Shown in pieces: positions 38,120 to 51,214 of a stretch of DNA of 64,000 nt. The position numbers and the translations under genes were made by a program. Position 1 is the stretch's first letter. The number at the start of each line of letters is the position of its first letter. The notes beneath the pieces are model-generated. The model saw only the letters and a program-made list of their open reading frames with translations, was not told the origin of the DNA and did not search any database. Source of the stretch: Camelus ferus (Eukaryota); contig NC_045696.1 of the NCBI RefSeq assembly GCF_009834535.1, positions 61,816,001 to 61,880,000 on the forward strand. The letters run 5' to 3'.

Positions 38120-39700
38120 ATTAGAATTCAACTAAAAGAGTTCAACAAGATGGTGGGATATAAAGCAAAAAAAATCAGTATATGTTTCCTGATTTTCCTG
38201 CACTAGCAAGAACCAGTTAGAAAATGTAACTGAAAACAGAAAGATTCCATTTTCAAAAGCAACCAAGATGTGAATTATCCAGGAATATACCCTAGCAAAA
38301 TTGGGGACATTCTTTGAGATGAAAACTCTTGAAGTATTTAAAGGAAATCTGAATAGATGGAAAGATAGGCAGACTCAATATTGGAAGGACATTAATTCTC
38401 CCCAAACTAATATAAACCAATTTCTGTCCTAATCAATTTCCCAACAGGATTTTGAATGAAACCTGATAAGCTCATTCTAGAATTCAAATTGCAGAATTCA
38501 TGTGAATGAACAGCTAAAATAGTTTTAAAGTAGAATAAAACTAAAGGAATACTTGTCAAACCATATCACAAAGTTTTAATAATTGAAACTATTATACTTG
38601 TATTGGCTTTGGAATAGACATGTAGATTGGTGGAAAAGCATAGAGAATCTAGAAGTAATTCATGTATATGTAGGAACTTTGTATATGATAAAGTTGGGAA
38701 AGTACAGGCTATTCAATATATGCCATTGGGAAAATCAGCTATTTGGAAAAGTTAGATATAGATCCTACTTCATACTGTTTATAAGAACAAATTCCAGATA
38801 GAATAATGACCTAAATATAATACACAAAACTATAAAATTAGACTAAAATATAGATTTTATGCTTTAAGAGTAGGGAAGGCCTTCTTATACAGAACCAAAA
38901 AGCAAAAGACAAAGGGACAGACTGATAAATTTGACCATCTCATAATTTAAAGCTTCTGTTATGTCATAAAGTTAAAAGGGACAGACTTGGAGAAAATGTT
39001 TGTGACATATATAATAGATAGTCCCTATCAAAAATATATAAAGAACACCTACAAATGAATAAGAAAAATAAGGATCTAATAGAAATGGACAGAGGATAAA
39101 ATAAGTAATTTTTAGGAAAAATGCATATATCTGTTAAACACATGGAGGGATGCTCAGCCTCACCAGAATTAAGGGAAATGCAAATGAATACTTCCTCAGA
39201 ATTTTTTTAGGAAAAGTTTGATGGTATTAAAGTGGGTATAAGGAAAAGTTTGCAAAAGTTTGATGATATTAAGGTGGGTATAAGGAAATAGTTATTCTTG
39301 TATTTTCTGGTGGAGTATATACATTAATACAGCCACTTGGGGAACAGCTGCAATTCCTAATCAGTTTTAAGTGCCTTATAAAGTAAAAAGATGCATATCC
39401 TTTTACATTCTAGTTCTGTTTCTTGGTATCCACTCAATGAAAATGCTTGTATTTGCAGCACAGGGATGGGGCACACAGCAGGATGTTCATTGCAGCATTA
39501 CTGATAATAGTGAAAAATCAAAACCACCTAAATTTAACTCTACCAGCAGAATAGCTAAATACATACACTGTAGTATATTCACACTGTTGAACCAACCATA
39601 GCAGTTAAAAAGAATATAGATCTACATGTCCTAACATGGAGGGATCTCCAAGACTACTGATTTTGAAAAAGAAAGTTGCAGAATGATACGGTACGTGGAA
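38120..39700 (+). mobile_element. Old L1 ORF2 3' part / 3' end
   Basis: Degenerate L1 motifs (gaatagatggaaagata...agactcaatattg; gatgctcagcctcacc...gggaaatgcaaat; ggatgttcattgcagcatt). Confidence 0.65.
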
Positions 39701-40463
39701 AGAAAATAATATATGCAGACATATATATGTATGAATGTACATACCCATACAAACCCATGTGTATATACACGTACATACATCTACTCCACCTTCAGAGGAG
39801 TTAATTTCATTCATGTGACCTTTGACATAACCCTTAGAAAAGATAGGCAGAGAAGGATATGCACAAAGAGGTAGAAGGCATAAAGGAAATTTTGAAACTC
39901 TAATAGGCTTTAGTTACCTTGGTAGAGGTTCCAGCAGTGGACTTGACTGTATTTAGTATCCAGAATGGGTTAAGTGTAACTTACTAGAAACTGAATAATA
40001 CTTTTAACCTGCAGCCCTCACAAATATAGACTATATCTAAGGCTACAGTGTTTTTTTTTTTTTAACTTAGTTTTCATTATTAATGATTTCTGCCATGGGT
40101 TCCTTCCCTCTGTTGAGCATTGGCAGTAGTTAAGACTTTTTGTTTTGCCAGTATTTATTTAAGCTTCAAATTCAGCAACTTGACTTACTGCTACAAAAAG
40201 CCGACCATCTCATAAAAAGTTCTAATTAAACCATATACCATTGTCTACAGTCTGAGTGCATACCTGAGTACAGGAGGTCTGAGTCCTTCACACTATAAAG
40301 TGTAAAGGTCTGAAATCAAGTTCTAGCTTTAAACTCTTTAATGCATTCTCTGCCCAATGGTGGGGCCACAGCCTCCTCCTTTGCTTCTGTCTGCTGTGGG
40401 CAGGTTCCATTTTTCACCAACTGATGGAACACAGCATCTGTGTTGTGGTTTCTTTTTAACCAG

Positions 40464-40547
40464 AATATAAGAAAGTATTTGCTGACTGAAGCCAGAGAAA
40501 AAAATAGACCTGAATTTCTTCAGGGTTGGCAGACTGCTGTTACAAAG
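40464..40547 (+). CDS. SENP5: SENP5 exon 8
   Basis: NIRKYLLTEAREKNRPEFLQGWQTAVTK; cag|AAT and AAG|gtaagt. Confidence 0.96.
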
Positions 40548-42030
40548 GTAAGTATGTGATAAAAATGAAAACCCAGGCATGTCAAGGGGATGGAATTATC
40601 TAAGGGGTGGGTGTCTTTAAAAGCATTTGAAGAGTGGTCACGAAGATGCCAACAGAGAGTCTGGAGGCTGCAGGGAGGTAGCTCAGAATAAATCTCAGTT
40701 CAGTATTCATCATCTGGCTGCCCAATTTCTCACTGCTTGCTGGAAACAAGTAAATTCAGTCATTTCATCCCAAGGGCAGCTGCTAATGATATGGCTGCCC
40801 TATTGAAAAAAAAAAAAAAAAAGAAAAATTTTTTGTTGGTACCTGCCTCTTGCCTCATGGCTCTTTATTTCTGAATGACTCATACAGACCCAGAGAAATA
40901 CTGTAATGAGTCTTTGGATTCACTAAGGGAGCAAGTGCTCTGGGCTACTTTCCAGGCATTTGGGGAAGACAGTGGTATGAGTGCTTCAGTCTGAACACAG
41001 TCTAGAAGCAACACTGTGTTTGGCTATAGATATTAAATAAGCTGTATGTGGGGCAGAGCAGCAGACCTAGCCTCTCAACCTTGTCGCAAATACCAGTGTC
41101 TTACATTATGGTCACTACTTTGTTTTCAAAATGTTTTTGCATGTATTATCTCATTTGATCCTTACAGTCTATGAGGCAGGCAAGTCATTCAGGGATAAGA
41201 ATCCTCTTTATTCTACTATAGATGAGAAAACTGCAGTCTAGGTGTGACCTTCCTCAAAGGCCATCAAAACTACTGGCAGTCGGGTCCTTGAACTTAGATC
41301 TATCTGGATCATTGACACAGCGTTAAAGAGGCAGAGTCTTGAAATAAACCTTTAACCCAGACCCAAAGGGACAAGGTTTATTTGTTCATCCTTGAACTGA
41401 ACTAAACGCTAACTTTTAAACTTTGGTTTTGTGTTTTAAATAACCTGCCATGTTAGTTCAAAGCAGAATTGAACTTGTAAATTTTCTGAATTTACCCACC
41501 TGTCATATTCAGGTTTTCTCCTAAATTCAGTCAGGATCTGTCATATCCCAATATGCCTACCACCTGAGGCAGAATGCAGTAACCAGTACTTTGGAAAATG
41601 TAACTGCTTACCTTTACGATTTCTTTAAAAGAACAGGACAGAGTTGTGTCACGTGTGATAAAAAGTGAAGACTGCCAAGCAGGATTGTTACTGTCTTGAG
41701 TATTCAGAGTCTGGGCGTGCATTCTCTCATCCACAAATCCATTTTGATTCCATTGTCAGTAAGTTGATAGCAAAACTGATTATTCAAATGGAAGTTTTAA
41801 AATAGGATTTTGATTTCCCATTTCTCATATTTAGACAAAATGTTCTGTAAGTTGTGGTCTTTTCATGTGGTCAGATGCCTCAAACACTTTAAATACCAGA
41901 AGTATCCACCAGCTGTCCTGGATACAGATGGGTTTCCCGTCTCTTGCTCATTTTTCCATAAAAACAGCTTTTCTTATCTGAAGAGGAATACTTGGACTTA
42001 CTTTAATGATCATTTTGTTTTTCCCTTTAG

Positions 42031-42081
42031 TGTATTCCACAACAGAAAAATGACAGTGACTGTGGAGTATTTGTGCTCCAG
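42031..42081 (+). CDS. SENP5: SENP5 exon 9 (catalytic Cys)
   Basis: CIPQQKNDSDCGVFVLQ; PQQxNxxDCG motif. Confidence 0.97.
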
Positions 42082-42946
42082 GTAAAGAAATACCCTTTTC
42101 ACTATTTATAATGTGTAAATTAAATTTGTTGGGCTTAGAAGTGAAATCCCTGTGATGTGTACATGGTACTAGGTACAAGTAACCGAGTATGTTTCCTCCC
42201 TCTCTTCCTTTGTTGCTGGGAAGCAGTCATTTCTGCATTTTCAAATATTACCACTAGGAAGAACAATCTTCTAAGGCTGAAGATGAATAATTGGTATCAT
42301 CTGTGTCTTAGAGGTTATTAGTAAGCCACATTGGAGACTGACTGAATTTGACCATATCATAGACCCTTGGCATCTGCAGAATTAACTTTTTTTTCTAGCC
42401 ATTAGCAGGTGGTCTTTAACCACAGAGTAAAAACTAATTAGATTTTAAACAAGTGCCACATTCAGATACTGTGCTTTTCTCATGCTGTAGGTTCCCTTAG
42501 TAGTCCCAAAGGGCTACTGAAAAATGTGTTACACATTACATTTATGAAGGGAATTAGTTTGTCATCCATGAATTTAGAGACTGCAAAGATCTTGGAAGAT
42601 GTGCTTATTCATATGACTAATGAATATCTGGGGTTTGTGAACAAATTCAAGTTTAAATGGCCATGTTAAGTCTAGCTGCATTCTCAGCAGATTGCATCTT
42701 GAGAAAAATCAGAGCCCCCTTTTCACAATATTGAGTGAGGAGGGAGGGAGAATCCCAGGCCATTTCCTTGCCTGGAAATAGACCAAAATTTGGAGGTAAA
42801 TGTTTTAAAACAATGTGAATTACAACAAGTTTAAACAGACTTTGACATTCACCTAAGAGCCTATTCTATGAGATCTGCATCTGGTAAAGTACACTGGGCT
42901 GGTACTAACTCCACATGCCACTTAAGTGTTTCTGGGACCTTTGCAG

Positions 42947-43057
42947 TACTGCAAGTGCCTCGCCTTAGAGCAGCCTTTCCAGTTTTCTCAAGAAGACATG
43001 CCCCGAGTGCGGAAGAGGATTTACAAGGAGCTGTGTGAGTGCCGGCTCATGGACTGA
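42947..43057 (+). CDS. SENP5: SENP5 exon 10 coding part; spliced CDS totals 2265 nt = 754 aa + stop
   Basis: [36 protein letters not shown]. Confidence 0.96.
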   Translation, partial: YCKCLALEQPFQFSQEDMPRVRKRIYKELCECRLMD

Positions 43058-43795
43058 AACTCAGCAGGGACTCTGGGAAGTCTGACCAAGTTGGAGCAGA
43101 TGGTTTGTTACTTGAATCTCCAAACACTTATTTGAATTTTTACAGATATTTCAGATCAGTGGTGTTGGGCCACTCTTGTTACCTCAAATTTATTTTTTGC
43201 CCTTATTCATTTCTCCAGCTACCATGTACTATTTTTTAATGTTCAGTTTGGTTTCATTTTTAATTTTATGGATTCTGTGTGTCTCTCCCCTCCCCCATAT
43301 TTAATATTTATTATCCAAACGCATGCATATAGACAGAGCATGCAGTGCAGAGTATTAAAAAAAAAAACAACAAAAAAAAACGCCTAGTAGATTTGGTGCA
43401 GCTTTTGAAACTTAGCTAGATGTGAACTGAATACAGGTTCAAATTTTAATTCCAGAACCTAAAAATGCAGGATGTTTTTGATACAACATAACTGAGAATA
43501 GTAGATGTTCCCTGGGGCATAAAGAGTAGCTAGGAGGGGTTTTGACAAAGCCAGTCGTTTTGTCTTTACCAGCAGGACCTTTCACTGACTTCCCTCTCCA
43601 GGAGAGTCGCTTTCCTTTTGAAGGGTGAAAAGGAAGTGGCCATAAACTGACTGGAGTGTTTACGTAGGCACACTTGTAAGCGCAGTACCTGCTGTGGGAA
43701 GAGTTGATTAAGGTATGAGAAAAAGACAGTGACCTTGGGGGTCCAGTCAATCTTCACACAAGAGAGATTTCAATCCTGGTTTTAAAAAGAACAAT

Positions 43796-43801
43796 AATAA
43801 A
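43796..43801 (+). terminator. Candidate proximal polyA signal of SENP5
   Basis: AATAAA ~740 nt after the stop. Confidence 0.45.
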
Positions 43802-46223
43802 TGCTTTAATCTTATAAAGGCTTTTGCTGGAAGGCTGAATTCCGTGGATTTCTTGTTTTTGACCCATTAAAAAAAAAATCTGTCAAACTAGTGGTCAAAC
43901 AAATGAGAACCCAGCCTTTCTAAGAGTAATTTACAAGTTGTCACTTTCCTTGTATTGTTTCCTTTATGGAAGAAATTAAGATTTGCCAAATATCTTTCTA
44001 TTTCAAGGATATTTAAAATATAGACATTCAAAACCGAAGATTGACTTCATGTCTTTTGCAGGTGGATGGGAAGGGGAAAACAAGAAAGGTAATTAGGAAG
44101 ACTTGATTCTGCCAGGAGTACAGCAAATGTTTTGACTTTTTCCCCCTCTTATTTCTTTAGTGATCTCAGAGACGTGCAGGGCTCATTTGGCCTCCACTTG
44201 ACCAACCCTGAGATTCCAGCACAGGGGTCCTTTTTTTTTTTTTTTGCTTCCATGAACCTCATCTTCTGGGGAAAGGCATTAGTGGCCCTGTCCTCAACCT
44301 TAATTGCCTTAGGATTAAAGTAATGGATCTTGCATCTTTAGCTTTTTGTAGTATTGGAAAATATAAATAAGGAAAGATGCATGTTAAACTAACCAATTAT
44401 CTTTTCTGAACTAGGACAGTTTTGAAAAACAAATATAAGAAACTCAGTAGCTTATACAGAAAAATACCAAGTAAATGGCAGAAGATACTTGGATTTATGC
44501 CTAGTTAGGTGTGGGGTGTTGAAACTAAAAAGCTCTAATTAAGGGTGGCGTCAGAACATGTTTACATGCAGGGTTCCTTCCCCAGACATTCCAAGCACCA
44601 GTACCAGTGTTTACATTGTAAACAGCCCAGCACTTTTCTAGTCCCCTAGACTAAAACTCCTTAGTACAAAACCAGGTCAGTATTTATTGTGCTTCAACTC
44701 ATTAAAAAGACTGAGATTAGAGGCATTTTGTGCTGCTACAGGTAGGTTTGTGTCAGCATTAGTCAAGGTGACAAAGTGAGTTGGGTGTCTTCTTGAGGTT
44801 TTCAGGCATAGTTATGCAAACATGAGATTTTTCAAATCTGTATGCAAGATATTTGCCTAGTTTTCTTTCTTGGTAACTAAGCTATCAATTAAAAATGTCT
44901 TATACTTTAGAGCTCCGTATCTCACTTCCTGACAGAACCACGCATGCAGAAGAGACAGAATTATGTTCTGGCAAGAATCTTAAGGCCCAAAGCTCGACTT
45001 AACCATTTCCTGTAATCTGAGAGTGGTCATGCTGTCAGCAGGGAGGCATGCAAGGATGAGCAGAACCTACAGTGAGCTGTCCCAACTCTAGGGTCTCTCT
45101 CTATGTCCAGTTTCACAGGGCACCTTGAGGTGCACCGTCCAGCATGCTTCAGCCTAAATGTCAAATATTTTAAGTCTGGTTCAAATGTTTCTGTTCATAA
45201 AACTTGGTTTTAGCACACATAGTTGGTTTTCCTCCTTCTTGTAATTAGGTATAAAACTTCTATTTAGGCCAAGTCCTACGTTAGAATAGCATTTGTCCTG
45301 ATGTTTGCAATAATTGCTTCCTTGCAACGTTTTTGAAATTATAGTCTGGGCTGTTGGTATAGACAGTTATTGTTTTACTGTCACTAGCTTGGCACTGAAT
45401 TGTCTTGAGTGCCCACAAGGTGGGCAGACCTTATGCTTTTGGGGTTGAGGGCAGGCCTTGTACAAACTGAAAGCTGCTTATGATGTGCCTTCAACAAGCT
45501 GCTCAGTCCTCTCCGTCAGCAAACTTACTAGTCTAGTTGCTTTTTTCCTTTTGTTAAATCTTTAGCAGTGAGTGTAGATTTTAGTTCAACTTTTAGTTAA
45601 ATTCTCTCAAAAATCATAGAGAACCAACCTTCTCTTAAGGAAGGGAGCCTCTTAAGGAAAGGAAAAGCAGCAGTTGCTGCCAGTAGTCCCTGAATCTTTT
45701 TTTTTTTTTTGGGCTTTGCATTTTATTTTCTACTTATCATTGAATATTATTAACACTGGTCATCTTGAATTCATAATTGGAACAAAACAATAACAGACCT
45801 AACAGGGACACAGCCAGCACTAGCCTAAGTTGAGCTGCCCTTTCTCTCTGTAGTTGTGGTTCATGACTTCCCTGGGTTAGAAGAAATAACTGGGAGCTCT
45901 GGGTGGATCAGACCCTTCAGGCGAGAACCAGTGTGTTAATAGTGTGAATTAGATATACTGACTACCTGCTCTGCTTGTTATGAAACTGAACTAATCAGCA
46001 GTTATAAAGCGCATACTTTATGTGCTAGGCTCTGCCTCCCAGCCTGTAGATAATTAAGATGACCTAGGGAATACCACCAGAAGTGCTAAATGTATTTGGA
46101 CTTTAAGCAGACCTAGACAAGCTGTCCACTTAAATGGTACCTTTTGGTCAGAAAAAGAATTTATTTAAAGATTGTGATCATGTAAAATTACTCAAACCTT
46201 CTAGCAAAAATATTTTTTTGAAA

Positions 46224-46229
46224 AATAAA
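46224..46229 (+). terminator. Candidate distal polyA signal of SENP5
   Basis: AATAAA followed by a GT/T-rich element (tgtgtgttctctcgtgttg). Confidence 0.6.
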
Positions 46230-46379
46230 CTAAACACCTTTATAAATGTGTGTTCTCTCGTGTTGAATAACATGAACTGTTTGGTGAGTAACAATTTTTT
46301 CCCAGTGACATTCTAGTCATGACAAGGCTTATCTATGAACAGTGACCAGTGTAGGCTGTAAGCAGCCTGCCCTAAAACA

Positions 46380-46545
46380 ACAGTGTCCAGTAGCATTCTC
46401 TGCAGGGATGGAGATGGTCTACATTTGCACCTATTACAACAGCCATTAATCCCAGGTGGCTGTTGAGCATTTGAATAATGTGATTGAGGAACTGAGTGTT
46501 TTATTTAACTAGCTACATGTGGCTGGTGGCTACCATATTAGGTAA
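46380..46545. mobile_element. MER3-like hAT remnant between SENP5 and NCBP2 3' ends
   Basis: tgtccagtagcattctctgcagggatggagatggtctacatttgcac...tagctacatgtggctggtggctaccatatt. Confidence 0.6.
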
Positions 46546-46683
46546 CTGTCAAATCCAAATGGACATACAAATTCTGCACATTATTCATAGATTTCCCAAA
46601 AAAGAGTGCATTATTATTCCACAGTAGGAGCATTTCAATGTCTTATTGGTGAGGAAACACAGGCAATGATAAGTTGGTCCAAT

Positions 46684-46689
46684 TTTATT
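46684..46689 (-). terminator. Candidate distal polyA signal of NCBP2
   Basis: AATAAA on minus strand; another at 47742-47747. Confidence 0.6.
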
Positions 46690-48187
46690 GAAATCTGTTA
46701 CAGAAGACAATTCAAATAGGAACCACTGTCTGGTTTTAAGGCCTATAGAAATCTGAGTTATATTTTAGTGCAAAAGAATATAAAATACATTACTTTAAAC
46801 TACAGTGTAAAAAGATTTTAAAAATGAATTTATGTCCTCATTAAATATTTGCAAATGGTTTGTTCCTAAGTACTTACAACTAATTTATAGATAGCACTTT
46901 TAAAGTTCAAATAGCCAGTTTAAATTTGAGAAAATATACACTTACTGTAACATGAAAGAGGTTCACATTGAGATACTTCAGCCCCAACTTCAAACTACTG
47001 GAAATTAGGAGATACTTAGTTGCTGGATGAAAAAATTTCACTTTTATCAGGGAAAATTATACAGATTAGCAGTCTAAAATGAGCATAATATATTAGAAAA
47101 ATTGTCTCTTGCTTACAAATGCAAAATAAATCCTCTAGACTCCCTCATCTGTAGAGATCATCAGTTCACTAGCAAGGCTCTGAAACTTAGCACAATTAGA
47201 GAAAAAAAGACTTCAAATGAGAATTGGCCAAAACATTTCCAGAGGGAAGCATTTCTGATTGTTTTTGTGAAGCTTTCTCCCGTATCTTCAATCTTTTTTA
47301 AAAAACCCACTCTCTCCCAAGATCAGTCCGAAAATGGAGGGGAAAAAAAAATCTGAGGGCTGTCACAGCGACCTTTATCATATCAAGGCAGTGTTTTAAC
47401 TCACAGCTCCTGATATTTCATCTGTTTCTTATTGACAGTGTCCCCCTGCCCTCAGACTTAAGGTTCCCTATAATACAGACCCTTGGTTTTTTATAGGTAA
47501 AACACATCTTTTGAAAAATATGTTTAGTAAATACCCTCCAATTCCTGTACCTAATTTCCTGATACATCTAAAGCATGTAAGCAGCGGTGTCCCCTAGGAC
47601 TGTCTGAGGCTTACTTTTGTAACAACTATTTAGGAGGTTCCCTTGACTCTTGTTTGTAGTGATTAGAATTCCACATAGAAAGAAATTCAGTTGTCAAACA
47701 TCTGTTTCTAATTTACAGCAGAGCTATAGAGCAAAACTCCATTTATTAAACTTCAGCTCATGCAGACTTAAAATTTTTTAAACAATAATTCCAGGCCCCG
47801 ATGTAGACCATGAACATACTTAGATGTAAAACATGGTACACTCTTTAAAACTTTTTTCCAACTGTTTAAAAAGAAGTGTGCAGTTTTTGGCTGATAGATC
47901 AACATTATACATTAAATCTGCTGCTAAGGAGCACAATTTTTGACCTGGTAACAAATCATTCTGATAATCTGACACACAGCCAAGATTCTAAGACTACAGA
48001 ATTAAAGGCATTCTTTCGGATTCTGTCCTTTTAATAATTTTAAGAGGAAGACCAGGAAGAAGCTTCCACCTCAGTAGAGACATTGATTAAAGCTTGGTAA
48101 AAATGGGCAGGTTTGCAGACCTTGGGTAACGCACGTCAAATTCAAAAGGCCAAAGGAGTGAGTTTTTCATGATGGGGCTCTCACCAC

Positions 48188-48259
48188 TCACTGGTTTTGG
48201 GCCAGTTTTCCGTAGCCGCCTCTCCCAGCATCATAGTCCTGCCGGTACTCATCTCGTAC
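48188..48259 (-). CDS. NCBP2: NCBP2 (CBP20) exon 4 coding part
   Basis: VRDEYRQDYDAGRGGYGKLAQNQ*; aag|GTA acceptor. Confidence 0.97.
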   Translation of the reverse strand, partial: VRDEYRQDYDAGRGGYGKLAQNQ

Positions 48260-48805
48260 CTTAATTGAGAAGAACACATTACAGTATAGAGAAGACTGAT
48301 GTAATAGATATGCCCCCCACAAATATGTCAGCCAGCTGAGCTTTTTCAGGTGTCATAATGTGAACATTGAAGCAGAGCATAATTTTTGAGCAACTGATAT
48401 AAAGCTCAACTGTTCTGCAAAATTATTTAAGACTATCTCATGGTTTTTTAACCAGACACCAGGCTCATACCAGCATTCAAAAATAGCACATTCCAAAGAA
48501 TATTAACATACTTAAAATAAAAATGTAAAAGTCATTTCAGTGTATTTTTGCTTTTGTTCTAGATACTCTTGCAGGTGGGGATATTAGCCCCTAGCAGAAG
48601 TCCAATAATGGTTGTATGGATCATACTATTTAATGGTTTTAAAAAATAATTTACCAGCCCCAGTGGGTGGCTTTCAGATTCACTTCAAGCCAAGGTTATA
48701 GCCACAAAGTCATTTTCAAAAGAGCAAATGCAAACTGACAAAACACTTGTCATTTAGGACCAGAATCCCAGGTAAAGGCTGAGCCCGGAGAACCTTCCTG
48801 CATAC

Positions 48806-48944
48806 CTGGCCCCCAGATCGCCCACGGCCATACTGCCTGCCCTCTTTAAAGCCCGCATCCCAGTCTGTGCGAATGATCCGGTCATCCAGACGAGTTCCAT
48901 TTATGTACCGCATGGCATTTTCCGCATCTGCTCTTGAATAGTAT
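48806..48944 (-). CDS. NCBP2: NCBP2 exon 3
   Basis: (E)[46 protein letters not shown]; donor CAG|GTATG. Confidence 0.97.
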
Positions 48945-51214
48945 CTTAAGTATAATTATTAAGGAATTAGCATTTCTCCAGACGTTTTTATAAACAGAGG
49001 AAAAAACATCGAAATGAAACTGAGTTAAGAAAAAGTACAAAAACCAATCCAACCTGATGGAGTTCAAAGACAATAATGTGGCTTGCACAGGCCTGTTTGA
49101 GGTTGGTCCAGGAGCACTTAGTCAGATATGACATTTATCCATGGCTACACTGATCATGATTTTCTGGATAATCCTATTAATTATCTGGTCCTATATTTTG
49201 GTTTGCAGAATATAAAATATGTTCAGTGCAGGCTTAAACCACGGACTATTATCCAAGGAAACAGTAGCATCCAAATTAGGAGCTATATATTCAAGAACAA
49301 CCTTAAAAAGAGGTCACAGTACCTACGAGTTGCCATTATATTTCATTAGAAGGGAAGTATCACTCAGATTAATGGTTCCAAACCTATTTCATCAGATCTA
49401 CTAAATCTATGGGGTGGTATTCAAGAAAAAAATCTCTATGCAATTATGTTTATTAACTGGGTTTAGAAAATACTGATCTGGGCTTTTTCCCCTTGTCTTT
49501 AATTACACAGGTAGGGAAACACTTGTTGAAATCCCAATGTCCAGTATCTACACAATGCCTAGCACATAGAGGGCATTCAATAATTTTTTGTTGAATAAAA
49601 TGAATGCTAAAGGGCACACAGAAAAAAACACTAGCAGTGAATGGCAGCCTCTTTCTGGTATTTGCCTTTAAGATCGTTGATCTTTGAACTTCAAGGCAAA
49701 TGCAAAAACACCCCAGTTCTTAGAGCCTGGTTATTATCTAAGAGTTTCTTTGCCTTTTTGTCCCCTGTGAACTATTTTACACTATTGTCACCATCGGTGA
49801 AACTCATACCTTGTGGAAGAGGCTTGCAGAACCCAGAAATCAGATTCCAAAATCAAAAGTGCAAAACAGGTTCAAAGTGGGTCTTCTGGTTTAAGTTGAT
49901 AGAATGAGCACACTTTTCCTTCGTTCCTTCTCAAGGCCCCCATTAAAACAACAGAAAAGAAACACAGACTCAAAGAGTAGAAGAGGCCATCAGCAGACTA
50001 GAGATTGGGTAAAAGCTGAAGAGTGCTAATGGATGAAGTAGTCACAGTACAAAGTACTCTTGAAGGGCCTTAAAGAAGAGACAGCAAATTCAGGAGGCTT
50101 TTAATTCAAAGTTGAATAAGGAGTGAGGCTGCAAATAGGGTCTAATTAAAGGTTTTTATGTGGGAAGACGACCTGCTGGCAGGAAGGCATTTAATCCAAG
50201 GCAAATAAAAATAAAATGACAGGGTTCTGAACTAACTGTCTGGAGGAACTAGGGCATTGTCTTTGATGTTAGCATGCCAAAATAAAATCCCTTTTCAAGC
50301 TAGCATTTGAGAAACCCGTATGTCCCAAAGGCAAGGCAGCAACTTAAGCAGCCCTACCTGGTTCCACTAAGTCAGCCTTCTTTCCCCTGATTATGACCAG
50401 AAACCCAGGGATCACCAGAATAAAGAGATTTACAGCATAAACACAACCGAAAGAAACGATTCAGGGTACAGTAAAGAAAACTCAAAAGACATGTTATGTC
50501 TGATCAGGTCTAGGAAATTTCTCACACAAAATGACCAAAAATAAAAATATTAGTTAAAAAACAAAACATCAGGATAAATCCAGACGGTCCAGTATTTGGA
50601 GAGTTTCCAGGGAGAGAACAGTCACACATAAATACAGTTTTGATTTTGACTTATAAGATCAAACTACATACATCTACATAATAAAATACTACGTAGCTAC
50701 CTTAAAAAGAGGTAGATCTATGTGAACATGGAGCAATCTCTAAGATGAGTGGGGAAAAAAAAAGTCCATGCAGTACACTACCACACATCCATAGGATTAC
50801 TTCTGGAAAGAACCATGAGACTCGTAACTGATTGTTTCTGGGCTTAAAAGAGTTCTTTTTGAAACACCATGAACATATACATTCTCAAAAGCCTTTTTCT
50901 TAATCAACTACAAACGAAGTGTGGATTTCAGAACAGGATGTAAATGTTACCAGCTTTCCCAGTGTAGGTGTAGACGACAGGACGGTACAGCTCAGTGGTA
51001 GAGCATGTGCTTAGTATGCATGAGGTCCTAGGTTCAATCCCCAGTACCTCCATTACAAGAAAACTTTTTCAATTAAAAAAAAAAAAAGATTAAGGAAGGA
51101 GAGGTAGTAAGTGTAAGGACACTCATGAGCGAATAGCCTCAGTCATTTTTCAAAACAGGTAACCAGCCACTCTCAGCCCCACCCTTCGCCAACAGCTGCA
51201 TCAGACAAGGATAC
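48945..51214 (-). other. NCBP2: U12-type (minor spliceosome) GT-AG intron 2 of NCBP2
   Basis: 5'SS GTATCCTTG (51214-51206); branch site TTCCTTAAT (48966-48958) just upstream of the AG; no polypyrimidine tract. Confidence 0.92.
50976..51088 (+). mobile_element. tRNA-derived SINE (Vic-1-like) inside the U12 intron
   Basis: cagctcagtggtagagcatgtgcttagtatgcatgaggtcctaggttcaatccccagtacctcc plus A-tail. Confidence 0.88.

Noticed and set aside
39212..39288. ~35-bp direct duplication
   Set aside because: Two copies only, inside a decayed L1; a local slippage event, not an array.
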